Source: Phoronis australis (Eukaryota; Animalia; Phoronida). Taken from it: DNA of 64,000 bases. Each line of letters begins with the position of its first letter. Position 1 is the first letter of the stretch. The notes beneath the pieces are model-generated. The model was not told the origin of the DNA. It saw only the letters and a program-made list of their open reading frames with translations, and ran no database searches. Positions 37,301 to 52,300 of the stretch are shown here, piece by piece. Where the stretch lies: positions 1,088,951 to 1,152,950 of the forward strand of contig NMRA01000067.1 in the NCBI GenBank assembly GCA_002633005.1, given 5' to 3'. Position numbers and translations under genes: made by a program.

Positions 37301-40300
37301 ATTCATCAAATATCAGCATCAGTACACACAGTCAATAAACATTTATTCAAAAACAAATGTTGACATTCACCTTCAGCAATGAAAATCTTCATTTAGGAAC
37401 TACATTTTTAATCTCAGTACCATAAAGTCACTGCAAAATCAGGTTCTGACAAGAATACGACAGAAAGCTTTTTGAGGGTTATAAAATTAATTGAAGAGGG
37501 GTGGGAGAGCAAATCAAGCAAAAATCTGCTCCTGAAAATATAATCCAAGGTCCTCAAATTCTAAAATTTTTATTATCTGTAATCATGGTTCTGCAACAGA
37601 TACAAACTTTTTAGGAAACTGAGGAGTCGTTGGAGGCAGCCATTCACTATCCAGGTCAAGCTTGCCAGGGTCAAAGTCGCCCAGATCTATCTCTTGGTCG
37701 AAGAAGTCCTCATCGTCTTCATCTTCCATCCGAGCAAAATTTAGCGCCACGTTGAGTCGCTTTCTCAGGGCATAGCCTCTCCACAGACTCTGCGAAACGT
37801 ACACACAATATATTTTCAACAGCAAGTTAAGCAGCAAAACATGTTAGCTGGACAGTGCATTTTTGTCAAAATTGATATGATGTAACATGTTGATTAAAGA
37901 TCGTTTTTTGAGTTTTTAACCCATTAGCAATTGAGAATAAATGATTTATACATAATTTAGCTTCTATGGGCCAAACAAACCCAACTACTTTTGCCAGTTG
38001 GAAAATAAAAATGTTCTCTTAAGATATCAAGTCACAGCTTTAACAGCATGCCTGGTTCGCAGTAAAAATTCTCCTATTTGGGACAGTCTAAAATAAATTT
38101 GGGACACCGGAAATTGAACTTTCTTGATTCACCAAATTAGTACATGAGCAATTTTGGCATCCATCATATTTCTTAAATTTCGGATACAATGTTTTAACAA
38201 GAATGGAGTCTGAAAAAAAAGACTTTGGCAGTTAATTCGGATCCCTATTTCTGGTGATTTTTGAATTCGAGACGGCCTGTATTGCCTATTTCTAAATTCG
38301 GTACAAGCTCCAATCTTGAGCAAAGTAATTATTTTTTCACTGTCCCAAATTAGAAAATTTTTGCCATCTGTCTATAGAAAATTAGAAACTATTAAGAAAG
38401 TTTACTTAATAAACGACAAACAAACCAGAGCTTGCTAACTTCTCACGAGTATTTTTAAAACACTAAATTTTAACAAAAAGAAACGAGAGCGCTCGGAGGA
38501 GCGACACTTGGCGGAATTAATCGAAAAGACGATGAACATGATATCATTCATGTGACTAGCGAAGAAATCAAATAGAGAGCATACAATCAACTACAATAAA
38601 GAATGAAAGCCCGTTCAAAACTCTATCTAAAGTGGTAGTTTGGCAAACACGATAACATTCATGTGACTAGCAAAAAATCAAATAGAGAGCATACAATCAA
38701 CTACAATAAAGAACAATAGATGGCGCAACATGACGGACGAGCCATGCTTTAAAGTAGGACAGTGCTGGCTGGGTCAGTCTGGGTCAACTAGGCATAACCA
38801 AAACAAAGTGAACTGAAAGCCAGCCACCGGCGCGCTTGCATAGGAACAACGGTATCCGAAAATCTCGAATAATTCAAAAAGTAGACGTCGTAGCGCAAAA
38901 TGGAAAATATCTTCTGAAAGCCCGTTCAAATCTCTATCTAAAGTGGTAGTTTGGCAAAAATCCAAAAATTTTTCGAGAAAATTGAAAATTTGCCGTTTTT
39001 TTTTGAAATTCAAAGTCAAATAACTCGAAAACGGTAAGTCTGAGAAATACGCTCTCGCAGACTTTTTGAAAGGCCATACTTCAAGGAATCCACATGCAAA
39101 AATTCACGTCATTTGCTCTTCCCATAAAAAATGCGACACCAGAGCGATTGAAACCGTGTGAACATGCCCCACAGCCGCCATCTTGAAAGTGATTTCCGGT
39201 TCAAGAATTTTTTATAAAAGCTTATTAAACTCAACAAACACGTGACCAGTTTGAAAGTGATTGGTTTGCAAATGCGCCCTCTACAGGAGAAAACGTTTTT
39301 AGCCATATTTCGGGGTGCGCATGCGCCACGTCCAATATTTCTGCCATCTTTAACCAGAAGTCAACGATTTTCTCCACAGTTGTAGCACATTTGTTTTAGT
39401 ACATTCGTACCGATTTTCAGCCATGTAGGTCGAAAATTGCGGCCTCTACGAGTATTTGACTGCGAAATCAGATACAAAATGGCCGCCATGTCCGCCATTT
39501 TGTATCCGATCATGACCAAAAACAATAGGCTTCTAGGACTTCCGGATCTACACGTCGTGTGCAAATTTCGTGAAAATCAGACGAAAATTGCGACTTGTAG
39601 AGTGCGAACAAACAAAAAAAAAAAAACTTGCTGTCAGACCAACATACTTGACGGAATTCGAAGAATTCCGCCAAGTAATGACTGCTATGCTGAAAGTTTT
39701 ACCTGGATTTTCACAGCAGCTGTATACAGCTCCTGACTGTCCAAAGGTTGTTGTTGCCTCAGATAAGCTACAAACTCTCTGGCAATGAACCCTCTCCACA
39801 CAGCCTGTATTACAGTAGCTGCTTTGTGCTGCTTGAACTTAAGGTCGGTCTGTCGACGACCAGCACTTGTCGGTTTTCTGGACGTTGGTGGGCTGAAATG
39901 AGTGAGTGATCGACTATGTTGCTGGGCTTACAAAGTTGATGCATAGTCAAAAAGGTCTATTTATAGTGTGACATCAAGCAGTGTTTGTAAACAAGATTTG
40001 ACAATCTTTCACAAATCAGATCCTACCTTGACTATATAAACTCATGTCACCCTTCCGTGACCAAATAATCCAAACCTCCGATAAAACAGGATAGTTGGTT
40101 CTGGTTTCTACCCTGACTCATTTTCAGGCCTGAGGTCATCGGCTTAAAGAAAATCTGGCCAGCATCAATTTCAGCCAAAGTCTTGTCTTTCATGTGAAAA
40201 GCTCCACAAAGACACATAAGCAAGGGAAAGCAAGATTTGAAATGCTATGATTTGCCAAACGATGAGTAAAAATCCTGCATAATTTTTGCACGTCTAAGGT

Positions 40301-43300
40301 GGATTTTATTTTCTGAAAAAGTGAACAATTACTAAAAAATACTGTACCACTGACTGGAATTTCAACAAAATGACAGAGACAGGAACCATCCTTGCTTTTT
40401 TGACCTCAACACCAAACAAAACATGCACGGTAATTATTTTAATATTTTGCCCGGTTCAATAAAACTCTTGTTTCATACCTTGCCTTGGGAGTAGTCCCTT
40501 CTTTCATCAGCATTTTTCCAACATGACTGGCATTGAGCGTAATTCCCGGTCTCCTAGCAACAATATCATTTCCATCATTGCATGGAGGTTGAGGTGAAAC
40601 ACTGTCCTCTGTTTGATGATTTTCAAACACTGAGTCACTACCAAGATCTCCAGCCGACTGCTTTACCAGTTGTTCAAACTTGACCTTCCCATCAAAGTCA
40701 TACTTCTGGGAACTGGGTGAGATCCTTTGATGTGAATTGTTCACAAACTCCTTTTCCTGTTGACTTTCTGAATTATTGTTACTGTTTGAGAAATTATCCT
40801 GGATTTTGTTGGTTCCAGATTTCACTACATCTTGCTCCAGTGTTTTCAAACTGTCAAAGTCTCCATATTCGTGAGCACTCCTACACTCCACAGCCAGCCT
40901 GTGACTCTTCGTAAAGAATTCTTTAGTGACAAGACACAGCTTCAACAAGTCAGGTGGCAGCACTTGTTTCACTGACCTAAAGTGATGATTAAGTGAAATT
41001 AATTTACACCAGAAGGGTCAAGAAAAAATCCCACGAAAATGCAAAATACTCTTGACTAAACATTATACCTTAAATTTGGGCATTCAACTTCATGATACGA
41101 AGGCCTGCAGCAAAATGAAAGCTAGTAAGATTTGACAATACCAGGATTTAACACACTCAACACCACAAGACAACAGGAGTAATGCAAAACCTTGGTATGC
41201 AACCACATGATGCATCATAAGCAAAAAAAATAAAGGGAATGCTGAACATTATTTTGAACAATAAACACCCTGAAAACCTGAAACAAATGAGCCTAAAATT
41301 CAGGGCATGCGCTAATTGTTCACTTACTGTAACTGGTCCTGGTAAGTTTTGCTGATCACAGAAAATGTTTTGACTTGCTTTAGACACGTGGACTCAAACG
41401 GTGACCGCTTTAAAGTTGCCTTATGGGTAACATCATATGTAGTATCATCAAGTTGACACAACAGTGGCACCTGTTGACTAATACAGGAACTACAACAAAA
41501 CAAAGCTTTGCTATGTAACTTAGGTCTGTCTTTGTTGCACAAAAGGATGATTTTTGACATGAGCGACACGTAAGGAAGAAGAGACACGATAAAATATTGA
41601 GATGATGAACAGCTTGAGCACTATACATCACTGAGTGCTATCAAAATAATGTGGCAGCTCCATTTAATCAAACATCACGATAATATTACAAGGTAAAAAT
41701 TGTTTAATCTGGGACAAAAGTAAGAGCTAAATTTGCTATTTTTTCTATTTTTCGCAGGCCTGGTACATTGTGGCAAATGGTCAAAGCTTTACCAAAATGT
41801 TGATTGATAATAGCTACTCTAGACAATTCCAAGGGTTTGCTAATTTTTTACATAGCCATAATATGGAAATGTCAAAATCAAAATATTATTAACTTAATGA
41901 TAACTAGCAACAATCCATTTCCTTCACAAACAAGATATCTGTAAGACCGCACTCGAGTTATTGATCACAACAACTAACCTGAAGTTGGGGTCTTCAGTAA
42001 CTGGGTTACCAGTCAGTTTGACCACCTCTAGTGACCGGAGCACCTTTAGTCCACTTTGAAGACTTGACAACTCAGTTATCTGGTTGTGGCTTAAGTCGAG
42101 TATCTTCAAGAGCTGACAGAACTTCAAATTAGGCAGCACCGTTACACTGAAACCATGGAATAGACAATTGATGCAAACGATATGCGGAATCATAAAATAT
42201 GGCAGCCAAAGTAAGAGCGCAGAGATTTACATTGGGAAAATGAAGATTTTAGCAAGAGGTGGTTGCTAAGCCAAGCATGGGTAAATCTACAAAACCTAAA
42301 TCACATGACTGTACACCTCAGGCACCCGGTTGTATACTAGGTTACAAGTCAAGTTTGAAAGCAGGCTAATTATGCATTGAGTACTTGTACCTCAAGCAAA
42401 TACAACTGTTTTATGGCCACAACTGATTTTCTTATTGCCTATAACATAAAAGTTATTTGAGGTATAGTCACCGCATTAAAGTCAGTGAGCATCTTTCAAC
42501 CAACAAAAAACACAAACCTGTTTTGACTGAGGCCAACTTGGCATAGCAGTGGGAGCCAGCAAGTGGCAAGGGGAGATAAATCTGATACACTGTTGTCATC
42601 TAATAGGAGCTCTTGCAACAGGACGTGGTTAGTCAACTCAGGAATCTGAAAGAAAATCATAACAGATCCTACAGCTATACAGAGCCACTGAACTATGAGA
42701 ACTTCTAACTGCTGAACCTAGTTCTACATTTTACATCACACCCCTTTTTAATTTCTAACAGTTGTTCTGAAATGACGCCTGAGAATTTGGGGCATTACCT
42801 CTAGTATATTATTGCCGACACAATGCAGCACACCCAGTAAACACAGGCTTCCAATCTCTTCAATGGCTTGCAGATGATTGTGGGATACATCCAGGATGTG
42901 TATAGTGGCGCCCTCTGACAGACCTCTTGTGGAGATAAGCTGGTTGTGTGACAGGTTGAGCTGATGGAGTTTATTGAGAGAGTTAAGGCCACCTGAAATT
43001 AGACATGATCAAAATTATGACTATTGCCAAGACATAATAATGCTTGCAACAGATTATGGAAGAACCATGCAGTCTGGTTTAACACTTGACTTACTCTGAG
43101 ACTCAGTGAACATCTATTATGAGAAAAATACAATGGTGGCCAATTGGTTACTCTGATCAAACACGTCAATGACTGAGGACATGACAAGCTCACTATATTG
43201 GCACCTAAGTTCACTTGGCCATTTGCGAAGAACTGTGGACCATTGGGGGTAAGTTTTGCAAATGACCAACTGTCTGAATGAACTTACTGTATTTGCTCTA

Positions 43301-46300
43301 ATAACCACCCAGGGCACTTAGAAAAATTCGTTTCAGAGAGGCACTTATTGTAACCCAAGGTGGTTGAGATCCGGTCTCTGAAACGGGTGAAATTCAAAGC
43401 AAAGGTTCATCATATTTGTGACCCTCCACGACAAAATGAGTCTTAAGTCGGAAACTCTATTTCCTAACCAGACTGCAAACAGTCGCTATCGGTTAAAATT
43501 AGGTCAAATTTTTTTATTGCAGATTATGATTATTTATTCATTCTACTTCACAAATCAATACTTTAAAACAAGCAAACTTCATTTTAAACCTTATTTATTT
43601 CATTTTGAAAAACATCACCTTCTCCACGACTGCATATCTTGTGAAATTTTCATCGAAATTTGCCGGTTTTCGTGTCCTCATTGCTCAGTCTTCCGATGAC
43701 CCAATTTGCTCGTAAACACATCAACAGAAAGGTCAAACTCTGTTCATTATGCATATAGTAAGGTCTTTGAGTTTTTCGTCCAATCATCAGACGTTATTTC
43801 ACTTTTTGCATTCGGGGTATTTTCAACAGAAGTGTCACTCACCAGTCTTTTAGCTAGCAATGACCTTTTAACCCAATGCATCGCTGACCTCATTCGCTAG
43901 AACTAGTTAAGTGGGTGTGAAACTGTGGGGTCGCGAGGTCACGGCATGTTTTCAAGACAGTAAGATGGCTGGTCGCTGTGTAGCTGATATCTCAGTGATT
44001 AACTCTTGCCTCTGACTGCCGTATCAAGATCAGCGAGAATTAACTGAACTCATCAAAGAGCATATTTGTTGATGGAGACGAGGAGGAATTACGTGACAGC
44101 GACGAGTCGTCTGACGACAGCAACTCGTCGCGAGATGAATTTCATGATCGACCCATCACGAATACGGTTACGTTGGATTCCAAGTCGTTGGATTGGAACA
44201 AACAGAACTTGAAGAAAACAGTCCGGATTAGCTTAATCGCACAACAATGTCTTGTATCTCCAAAGCCAGTGGATCGGGGTGCAAGCAGCTGAATATTACT
44301 GCAAGAGATAACAATCTTCGATAGGGCTGAATCACTTGGTGAGAAGTCGAGGAAATCGTTGCTCTTCAGTGTCAGTGGACTTGGATAGGGATGAGTGATT
44401 GTCATTTTTTTCAAAATTATTCACACTAGCGTAAAATTTTGAATTATTTTGAACAAAAATCAGCCAGAAACGTGTATTTTGTAATCTACAGGACTTCATT
44501 TTATTAAACTTCTACAAAATACACTTTAACTACTTGTTTTACTTGCGGTAACCCCTCCTGCCACAAGTGGACTGACCCTGTATACATTAGCTGGGAAATT
44601 TATTGACCCAGTTGTAGCAACCCAACATGAATATCACTCCTTTTTGGCTGAGATTACATAATTTAAGGTCTACATTCTTTCTAATTTTTGATTATTTTTA
44701 TTTGTTTATGTTGTTGTGTATACTAATAAGTCTGAAAAGTAGCATTCAACTGCAGGTTGCTATGGAAATTTTAAAGACACTATCGGCGCTTTTTGTCGGC
44801 CATTTTCCTTGACTTTTGAAAGCTCTAAATTTTCGCTTTCCCCGACTAGAATTGGCAATAACTCGGCCATTTGTGAAGATAAGGACATGTTTCATACTTC
44901 AAAATGATCAGAAAACACTGTATTGTCAGAAAAAATAACAATTAAAAAATGACAAATCCCGACTTAAGACTCATTTTGTGGTGGTGGGTCACATTTAGGC
45001 TCTGTGACTTACCTGTAACCTATGACAGACTTTCTACAAAATTGTAGTGCATTACTATCAAACTTTGTTGTTAAATTAGATCATTTTACAGAAAAATGTG
45101 CTGAAATCTGCCTCACAATCGTCGATATGGCAACTTGAATGGTTGAATAAAAACAGTTTTGACTCATTCAAATTATCTGAAAACCTCCTTAAGTTTTCCA
45201 AATAGCTTCCCTAAGATTTTTAAGTTCCCGTCTAGTCAGGATTAATGCCAGGTTAAGTCCAAATCTGTGGTAGAATGTGCCATCTATGATCGTAGGGCCT
45301 ACCCGGCAACACAAGAAAAATCTCTGGACAAACACACGTTGTTGTCACGTGATGTTTGTTTTAAAGTTCGTTTGCATGTGTGAGTAAGCGAGCACGTGCG
45401 AGTCACCAGAGTTCAATTACCAGCTTAAATGCAATCGAACGAGCTAGATGTGCCTTGTATCTCAGTTCTCAAAAATATTAGCTCACGCAGTAAAACAGAA
45501 CGTGTTTTATTCAGCACTTGCTGGTCTCATGTACTAAAAACGTTCAACAATTGTCTTGGTAAGGCCCATATTAGTCGCCCTGTGGGTAGATGCGTACGTG
45601 ACTGTCTGACAGTTATTTTTCGAGTGTAAGGGTGTGTTAGCATTCATTGTCAGTGGTCATTTTATCAGATATTTGGTTTTAAAAACACCAATTATAATTA
45701 ATTAAACAATCGATCCCTCTTAAAAGTAACGCAAGTTTTTTATGGTATTAGAAACTGTTGTAAATGAGTGCCAATATTTATTTCTTGCCAATGCTATGCT
45801 TCCCATTGTGAATAGATAGGTCCCCAAGGTTAAAGTCTGCGATGAGAGGTGTGTAGCGCACACTTATTAGTCTTCGATTCGCAGTTTTTACATGACTGTA
45901 CAAAGAGATTTGGAAACCTGTTGAGGGAGAAGATATGAAATCTGCACGGCGGAAGATAGAAGCGTATAGTCACGGTTAAATACCGACATATAGCGGCGAG
46001 GCTGATGGTCCAGAAATTCCGCGCACAATGATTTTTCAGGACTGCCAGATTTCGTTGACAAATTACTGTGGAATTTTAGCACTGTAGGTAAGGCATTTTT
46101 TGCATGTACACGTTCATGGGCTGGGCGCTGAAAACGTGTGGGGGGCGCTTATAGGGGCATGGGCAGTTATTAGGGCAAATACAGTAAATCAAACTTCTAT
46201 AATAACAATTCTTGTTTATACCTTGCATTTGTCAACTGCATTTTTGTTATATATAACCAGTTTTTGGAAAATACAACAATCAGTTTTTGGAAAAACACCA

Positions 46301-49300
46301 CACTCTATTCCCATTTTTGATGCAGACAGTTCGATGAAAAGTATTGTTTCAAGCTGTTAATACTTTCTTCAAGGTTTAGCTCAAGAATACAAAAACATTT
46401 CATATGATGACAATTAATCATATTTTCAGACACACACAGAATTTCCTGTTGCATTAATTTGGTTACCTATCCTGGTGATCTTGTTGTATGACACATCCAG
46501 GTGGTGAAGATCAGCACATGCGTCCAAGCCATGGATCGACGTCAGTGCATTATGAGACAGGTCAAGATAGTGGAGATTGGTGGCATCCTTCAGATGGACC
46601 ATCTCTATGCTGTTGTCCTACAAACAGAAACACCTTAATTTAAACACAACCATCTAAAACACAATGTGTTTGATGTGAAGAGATAGAGCGAGAGGGTGAA
46701 CCAATGACTTACTGGAAGTTTAAGAGCACTCAGCTGCAACAAACTATGATAATATTTAAGAGACCGAAAATAACAGAGAAGACAAGTGCATAGTTCAAGG
46801 GTCAGAGTTGAGTAAAATAAGACCTTCATTGCAAGCACGTAAACATGGCCAATCTATTTTTGTGTACAAAATTGTTAAATAAAGATATATCATCAATTTG
46901 ATGAAGAATGTTACTAATAAAAAAAATCACTTTTCACATAAATAACTTAGATTTGTTGTTCAAAAATAAAGATGTTACTTTAATTTGGATCAAAGATTTT
47001 AGTTTATATTTCGTGTCTTGAATCTAAAATCAACAATTTGGAAGTGCTTCTGTAATGCTGTAATTACAGATGACAAGCATTGGCGTAGCCATCAGAGGCC
47101 ACGAGCCCCCTATGCATTCCAAAACAGTCTCCCTCATTAAGCCCTATGTTCATTATAAAGTATCCACAGGTTAAAATTCATGGTCACCGACAATTTCAGG
47201 ATTAGCACCACCTGATCTACGCTTTACACAAACCATGTTGAAAAAAATACCCAGGGCTGAAAACAACTTTTTAAGGTAAGAGATGGCAAAGCTATTGTTT
47301 ACTTATTAAGAAAAAGTCCAGGTAACAAAACAGACATGACAGTTACTTACTCTGACATCGATATATTGCAACTGTGTACATCCATCAAGTTCGTCAAGAG
47401 CAACAATACCACATCTGTTCATGGAGAGAACTGTAAGTTGGCTACACTGACTAAGAGTGGACAAGGTGCAGCCAGGAAGGTCACACAACTCTACTGTTGT
47501 CACCTAAGGAAAGTATAATGTACAAACATTTGAGTTAACCAGCAGTGGGTAGCAGGTCACATAAATTTACTGTAATTAGCACCTATAAAAATGTAAAATG
47601 GACAAACAGTAGAGTAACCCTACAGCAGCAGGTCACGTAAATCTACTGTTGTCACCTACATAAAAGTAAGCTGGACAAATAGTTGAGTAATTCCACAGTG
47701 GATAGCAGGTTACATGACTCTTCTGTTGTCACCATTACTTTCACTAATGGTGGACACAGTGAAACACCATACGTAAACAAGTTGTTTGTAAGTTAGGTTG
47801 CATAAGCTGAAACCAGTACCTGTCTCAGTGCATCAACACGTGCTGCATTTAGAATAACCTCTTCACTCAGTGGAGGTAAGTTCTTGGCTGACAATGGTCG
47901 TCTTGGTGGGCGTCGCTTGGTAACTCGTTTAGTCTTTAGTTCACTACACACTTGACTGCACGAAACCATAATAGGAAAAATAATAAAATTGAAGTTAACA
48001 AAACTGACACAAATCTTTACCAGATATATGCATTAATAATTCACATATCTAACTATTGTTTAATTGAACAAGACATATTACCACCAGTAATGGTGTATCC
48101 AACATACTTAGTTATACTTTCAAAAGAAAGTTTTATAAGCAAAACAGTGAATGAAGACCAGATATCAGACTGAGTATTAACTTGTCAGTCAATTCAAAGT
48201 CATACTGGAAGATTCCGTGTCAAAGAGCCCACAATAATTACACACTAATAACTTACTATATTCATTGCCAAGTGCCATTTCCACAATTTACTCACTATTT
48301 GTTTTAAGAGAAATCTGCGTTTTATTATCAAGGCTATTGGTTGCTTGTCATTTTTACGGGACAAAATGCAATTTAAATTTGGGATTATTGTGGAATGGTA
48401 TAGACTTCTAGAAGCTATTATCTGTGATCACTGAGAGCTAAATAACAATAAATTCTGTCACAGTTTTGAGATTTTATTGGAAACTGCCAATTCTCATCAT
48501 TGTCTTCCAGACATTTGCTGAAATCCATAACAATGGCTGTACCATTCAAACATGCTTAAAATGCTACAAACTGCTATTTAATGCATAGGATTTAGCTAAC
48601 CAGTAGAGCACTCTAATGTGGTGGGGTTATTGGGTTCAAATCTACGTTACTGCTCAGATGAAACAACATTATTTGAATATATTCATTAGATATGATCCAA
48701 ATATGAAACTCATCACGAAGAGCTGTTGCTTCATTTTTGTATCTGATATTGAAGCACAGCATGCGTACCTGAATGGTTTGTTATTTTCAATCCACTTCAA
48801 CCGTTCAGCTTCAACAGCCTTCACCAGCTTGTCATCCAGTTCACATGCATCAGTTGTGCACATCTTCTGCTCCTGTTGGATTGACATGGGATCATTTTGT
48901 GTCCTAGGGCAATAAAGATATAAGCAAATGACTGTTATCCATTACATCATAAGTGTTTCACTGAGCAATACATCTATTGTTGCTGACTAATGAAAAAGAA
49001 TGGCATTTTCTTTCATGACATCTTGAAAATAACACAAGGAAATAAGTGACAATAAGTGACAATAAGTCCAGTTCAATGTGTAATCAATAAAACATCCTGT
49101 AACCAAACACTTACAAAATACTCTTAATTTATTTTCAAAGCAACGGATTATTCTCAAAGGCAAAAAACTCTAAAACTAATGAAATACCTTTCATTGTGTA
49201 TTTGTTCAGATTCACTGCTAACTAATGCATCTTCCACCAATTTCACTTCTCCCCCTAGCTTCCTCTTTTCCTCAAGTGCCTTTGCTTCCTCTTCACGTTT

Positions 49301-52300
49301 CCGTTCCTGCTCCAGTCTTTCCTGTTCCAGTTTCTGTTTTTCTTCCCTTTCCCTTTGTTCTTCCAGTTTTCTTTGTTCCTCAAGGATTCTTTCCTGTTCT
49401 TCTTGTTTTTTTCTTTCTTCTTCTAGCTTTTGTTTCTCCTCTTCTTCTTGCCTCTTTCGCTCTTCCTCTTCCTGTCGTTTTCGTTCCTCTTCTTCTGACT
49501 TTTTCTTTTGCTCTTCTAAAAGTCTCTTTTGCTCTTCTGCCCTCCTCTTCTGCTCTTCTAGAAGTCTCTTCCATTCTTCTTCTTCCTTTCTCTTTTCTTC
49601 TTCTTTTCTCTTCTCCTCTTCTGCAGCCCTCCTTTGTTCTTCTTCCAATTGTTTCTTTACTTCTGCTTCCTGTCTAAGCCTTTCTTCTTCAATCTTCCTC
49701 CTCTCTTCAGCTTGTTTCTTTTCTTCCTCCAATCTTTGTCGCTCCTTCTCCTCTTGTTGTCGTCTTTTCTCTTCCTCTTCCATCTGCCTTTTTCGCTCAA
49801 GTTCTTCTAATTCTTGCCTTTTCGTTTCTTGTTCAATCCTCCTTAAAATAATACAAATAACATTTTAGAAAAAGTCCACAATACCAAAGGAATTGCTAGC
49901 TGTGGACAAAATTGAAAATTACGACAATTTGCTTCGGCAAGTGAATATATGAATAGAGACAATAAATCAAGCTCTCACCTGTTTTCTTCAATTTCGTGAA
50001 GTCTTTTTCTGATGGCATCTTTCTTTGTGTGTTCAATTCTTTGTGACAGTTCCTTACCCCACCTCTTACGAACTCTGGGGAGATAAAACAACCATTTACA
50101 CACGATAAGAACATAACTTACGGTCACGTTGTGACAGGATTTAGAAACAGCAACAATTACCGTATTCGCCATAATAACCGCCCAGGGCGCTTAGAAAAGT
50201 TCGGTTCAGGGGGGCGCTTATTATAACCCAAGGCGGTTGAAACCCAGTCTCCGAAACGGGTGAAATCGGAAGCTAAGATTCATCAAATTTACGCTCTGTG
50301 ACGAATATGTAATCTATGAAAGACTTTCAACAAAACTGTGGTGCATTGCTATCAAACTTTGCTGCTAAATTACGATCATTTTACAGAAAATTGTGCTGAA
50401 ATCCCAGGGCGAAAACTCGCCGACTGACTGCCTCGAAATCGCCGTCTTCGATATGGCGACTTCAATGCTTGAATAAAAATGGTTTCGACTCAAGCAAATT
50501 ACCTGAAATCCTCATTAAGTTTTATAAGTAGCATCTCTAAGATTTTTTAAGTTCCCGTGGAGTCTGGATTAACGGCAGGTTTAAGTACAAATCTGTGCAA
50601 CATCGTGCCATCTACATGTATGATCGGCAACACGGCGAGAAAAATGTCTGGACGAACACACATGTTGTTGTCACGTGACGTTTGTTTTGAAGTTCGTCTG
50701 CGAGTAAGCGAGTGCGTGCGTGGCACCAGAGTTCATTTGCCAAAGCAGAGACCGTCTTTTGGCCAGAGCCACGAAATCTAACTAGCTAGATGTGTCTAAA
50801 GAAATTTGCACAAGCAGTAGGCCTAAACCTGAGCATGTTTCATTCAGCACTTGCCGGTCTCGTGCTAAAAACTTTCGACATTTGTCTCGGTAAGGCGCCG
50901 TGTAGCTGGATGTGTACGTAATTATGTGACAGCTATTTTTCGGTGTAAGGGTGTGTAAGCATTCACTGTCAGTTGTCATTTTATCGGATATTCGGCTTAA
51001 AAACACCAATAATATGGTTAATCAAACAATCCATCTCAAAAATAACGCAAACATGTTTTATAGTATTAGAAATTGTCGGAAATTAGTGCCAATATTCATT
51101 TCTTATCGATGCTATGCCCGTTTCATGAATGGATAGTTCCCGACTAATGTCTTTGATGACAGGTTCTTGTACGTAGCGCGCGCTTCCCATGGCCACGTGC
51201 GTTTAACACCGACCAGTTATTTTTATTCATGAGACAGTCGATGTGTCTACTGAAAGGTCAGACCATAGTGAGACACGGTCGCGAGAGCGTAGGAACGCTG
51301 TTGCGTTCTTTTTGAAGCGCTGCGTTACTTTGAAGTGTAAAGTCACGGCTAAATACAAATGTAGCAGTGCCGCTGGTGGTCTAGAAGACCCGTGCAAATT
51401 TTTTTTGTTAAATTGAAGACGTTACTGTAGCCGAGTTTTAAGACAGTAGGTATGCCATAGTTCGCATGTACTCGTTCATGGACTCAGCGCTTATTTCAGC
51501 AAAGTCTGAAAACGCGTGGGGGGTGCTTATAGGGGCATGGGCGGTTATTACAGCGAATACGGTAAGTCCTTAAACCAACCTAGTTGTTCATACCACAGCA
51601 AAGTGGTAGTTTAGCATACCCAGCAGAGACCAATAAAAATCAACAATAGTCGGATATGATGCACACGTATTTTGAGAACCAGTTTGACGGCCGGTATTCA
51701 GTGAAGTAAACTGGTTCTCAAAATTTATGCACACTCTATCCGACCATTACCCAAAAATCAACAAGGAGTAAACCAACCTAAATGCTCGATACAGAGATTG
51801 TATCCGTATGGCTGCTTTCTCTCTCCTCTGGTCATCTTTCACTTTCTCTTCTTGTACAGTTCTTTCAAACTCCTTCTTTTCCTTCTCTGTCTCTGCAGCT
51901 AATGCATTGATTTCTTCCTGAAAACACGAGAAAACACGAGAGTTGTGCTAGTGTTTGGTTGTCATGAATTCAAATGACAAAAGATGAACTACAGAAAACA
52001 GGGACTGTACCTGTGTTGACCAAACAGAATGCAGCATTCTTGGCACACCTTCGTTTCCAAACCACCATTTTACCCGACAAACAACGGTAAAGCTTATTGT
52101 TTGTTTGTTGACTTTTCTCAAGGGGGCGGAGCTTGGGATGGTCAATTGGTAGCAGTCCTTCAAACAATCATAAATTGTTGAAAACCCGACACATTTTTTC
52201 AATGAAAAGTAAACCAACCAGCAAAATTTCCGATTATCCTCACCTCAAACCTCCTCAGCTCTTCCTCTATGCGTCTTTGTTGTTCTTTAGCCTGCTCTTC

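Noticed and set aside
49179-49868. 229-aa and 150-aa plus-strand Ser/Phe/Leu-rich ORFs
   Set aside because: Antisense shadows of the purine-rich E/K/R exon of LRRIQ1-like.
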